64,000 nucleotides of DNA from Bugula neritina (lineage: Eukaryota; Animalia; Bryozoa), in contig OZ037765.1 in the NCBI GenBank assembly GCA_964035545.1, forward strand, positions 14,084,698 through 14,148,697, given 5' to 3'. The stretch's first letter is position 1, and every line of letters starts with the position of its first letter. The notes beneath the pieces were generated by a model, which made no database searches, was not told the origin of the DNA, and was given only the letters and a program-made list of their open reading frames with translations. A program made the position numbers and the translations under genes. Positions 61,201 through 64,000 of the stretch are shown piece by piece.

Positions 61201-64000
61201 CATATCTAAGGTTACAACAAATATGAAAATATCTTCTGTAATTATTTGAGTAAAATTGCAAGTTTTATTTAGCATGTGCTTATATTATAAATATTTTGGG
61301 TTTTTTTTAAATGATAATTATTTATATTCCAAATAAACATCCAATATATGAATTACTATTTAAAGTCAGCCGTTTTCATTTAGCTCAAAAACCCAAATTC
61401 AATTCTTTAGCCAGTGTCTGTTCTCATACTGAATCTATGAACAGCAACGGTTTTGCAGGACAGTTCTTTTTTTGATCATAAACATTACAGTAACTCCGAT
61501 TTCTAACTCTAGATATCCCATTAGCTTACTAAATTAATAAATTATATATAGAGCACCGAGTAGTTTAGAAAACATGAAGTAATACAAGTTTCTACAAAAT
61601 CTTTTGTTATTGTGGGTCACAAAAAAGGGAAAATTGTCCTACTATGTTCGTCAAAAAAACACGGCCTTTTAAAGTTTTAATGGTAGCTTTTGTACCTGTG
61701 GTTATGTTATTGTATACTACATATACATGCTATACAGTTTTAATTGCCAACAGTACAATACATTATCTAGGGGTTATAAAGCTAATAAGCATATCTTTAG
61801 CAGGAATAAGCATATCTCTAAGTTTTTTTATCTTTAACATAAATTATTGCACTTAGAACTCTCCATAGATCTAAACATATCAGTTATGATATTTCTTAAA
61901 GCCACCATGACCAAGCAGGCCGGCGCTTTACTTGAATTGTTTTAGGTAATCACACTTATAACTATAACCTAAAAACTAAAAATTTATAGATTTTATATTT
62001 AGTTAAACTAAAGATGAGTCATAAGTTGGGTTTAAAATATGTCTACAAAAAGTAAGCTGCCTCCAATTAGCCCAAGAGGAAAAATATATGATTACGTAGC
62101 AGCAAAAATTCCTTTGAAATATATAATTTTTTCTACGAAAGCTTGTTAGGAAGTTTGGCTTATTTTAGAAAATGTACAAACAGATGAAAACTAGCCCTAA
62201 CAGTTTTATATATTGTGCCACTCAAGCATATTATATTGTGGTGTATAGACTAGTTTGAGCAGAAACCCAATATATTTGTATATGCAATGATATGCCTTTA
62301 GCTGTACCAATATATTTTGCTTACCCTATCTTAAATGCCAATAACCACTAAAAGTGTGTTAACGGTAACTTTGTTTCTATTAATTTCTACGCAGAGTTAA
62401 AGGGGATACTACAGCTAAAATACTATATAAAACTTAAACTTTGATATCATATTGTAATATTTGTAATGTTCATGTTATTGTAGTTGAGGATTGTAAAGCT
62501 AGCACAGTCATGGAGCACCATGAGAACCCTTCTAGCTATTGTGTTTGATGCTTTCGGAGCTTTGGTGAACTTGAATTTAATTCTGCTCATTGTGATACTT
62601 ATCTTTGCTGTGCTGGGCCATGAGCTGTTTGGTGAATTCTATTCCGCCTATGAAGATCTTGTAAATAATCCTCAACTTGCAGACTACGAAGGCCAGCTTC
62701 CGAGGTGTCATATCCATATAATATAATATTTATTGTCGTGTATGAAAGGATGTATGTTTAAAATATAAGTATGTTGAAAAATAAGATTTATGTTAATATT
62801 AAATGAGAAGAATGAATAGGAAAATTCATAAGCTGTACAGCAGTATTATAAATATTGTATAGTACAGACAATGTACTAAATGAAAAATTGTTGCAATCTG
62901 AATCTATGTGTAAATAATAGGTGGCATTTTCACGATGTGACTCACTCATTGTTGATGGTATTCCGGGTTCTTTGTGGAGAGTGGGTGGAGCCATTGAGAG
63001 AATGCATGCGAGTGGCTGGAGATGGCTGCACATTCCTCTTTATCACAACACTTTTGCTTGGAAACTTTATGGTAATTTTGTTGCTATTTGCTTTTATTTT
63101 TGATAATTATAAAAATATTTTATTTAAAGAAATAAATAGAATACAGAATCAGATTGCGGTGATATGCAGCATGTAATGCACACTATGTGTATGCATTAAA
63201 CTAAGCATTTTAGTTCCGATTTGAACATGATGCATTAAAAACAGTAAGCCAGTTATATGCTTTAGGAAAGATTCTTGAGTCAAGTTGTTCTATTTTACGT
63301 CTATATTTTCATAATAGCAAAATATTGATCTACCCTATTTTATTGAAACTGTAATTAATATTATGTTAGTGCATACTATAAACAAAGCTTGCTGAATAAT
63401 TGTAGATATTCAACCTCTTCCTTGCTCTTCTTCTCAACTCATTCAGCACAGATAAAATCAAAAGGGATAAAGTAGAGGAAGGAGAAGGAAAACTGAAGAA
63501 AAGTTTAAAAAGGATTTACAGCTGCTTCCATTCCTGCACCAACAAGAAAGACTCTAAAGATAATCAGGCTCTTGTAAGTAACAAATATTTGATCTCACAA
63601 AACCTTGTTTGATGCAAGCAATATATACCAAGTCAGATAGCCATCCTAGAAACTTGTCAATCATGCTAGAACTGTTGTCTAATCTGGTTGTCAGTAAGAA
63701 GCCTAATCAGTAGGTGGTGCTGACACAAGATGCAGCTGCAATCACAGATATAGTGAGCTCAGATGGGATAGCAGCACTATTATACACATTTTTCTTTTAT
63801 ATCATGTGCGATAATTTTTGGTTTTAGTCTCAAAACTTGCTAAAAGTTGAGGATGACAAAGCAATACAAAGACTGCATCCTGACTCAATTGATCGAAAAC
63901 TTTCAATTAATGTTAATGGAAGTGAGAAAAGTTTAGTCAGCCTGATAGAGGCTACAGAACCGAAATCTCACGGCCATAGAAGTCTGAGTGTAGGCAGCTT
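51632..64000 (+). CDS. Voltage-gated sodium-channel-family alpha subunit, Nav2/DSC1-like; N-terminus through domain II and into the II-III linker; continues beyond the window
   Basis: Phase-consistent exons 51632-52129, 53495-53778, 54147-54275, 54562-54674, 55827-56142, 57128-57269, 57731-57865, (58269-58289), 58684-59271, 59570-59714, 59999-60321, 60451-60648, 62484-62704, 62921-63071, 63406-63573, 63828->64000. Motifs: FP.EL.GTPLEEID, RFSATRALFCLSPWNPIRR, YLRDGWNWLD, S4-I LRPIRAFRVLRALKSISVVPGL, pore-I LVSLDFWE (D), S4-II KIFRLLRIVKLAQSW, pore-II FRVLCGEWVEPL (E), NLFLALLLNSF. LAQSW and EW.EPL are Nav2-type signatures. Confidence 0.92.
52216..52283. repeat. (AT)n microsatellite
   Basis: Uninterrupted tatata run of ~68 bp. 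Confidence 0.98.

Overview
AT-rich, intron-containing genomic DNA from an invertebrate metazoan; the species cannot be determined from the sequence. Positions 1-22 kb are a transposon-rich block. It holds a decayed Ty3/Gypsy element (1-~3 kb), a tRNA-derived SINE, and an RTE-clade LINE fragment split by a hAT-type MITE. It also holds a structurally complete, apparently very young 12.6-kb LTR element (4031-16596, minus strand) with two 2,909-bp LTRs and a 4-bp TSD. That element encodes no Pol. Its one ~940-aa ORF is Gag (capsid plus CCHC knuckle) fused in frame to a signal/TM helix and a fragment resembling the N-terminus of a rhabdovirus-G-like (class III) fusion glycoprotein. Positions 24-64 kb hold four host genes reconstructed by eye from splice sites and reading phase: an 18-exon WWE-WWE-WGR PARP2-like gene (+); a 6-exon RJL/DNAJC27-like small GTPase (-) that the ORF track misses; an intronless TTC5 (+); and the 5' half (domains I-II) of a Nav2-type voltage-gated channel (+) with unusual Cys-rich extracellular loop insertions. 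Other points of note are two PARP introns whose splice acceptors are tandemly multiplied, and a miniature LTR element inside a GTPase intron. No database searches were run; all homology calls come from motif recognition.
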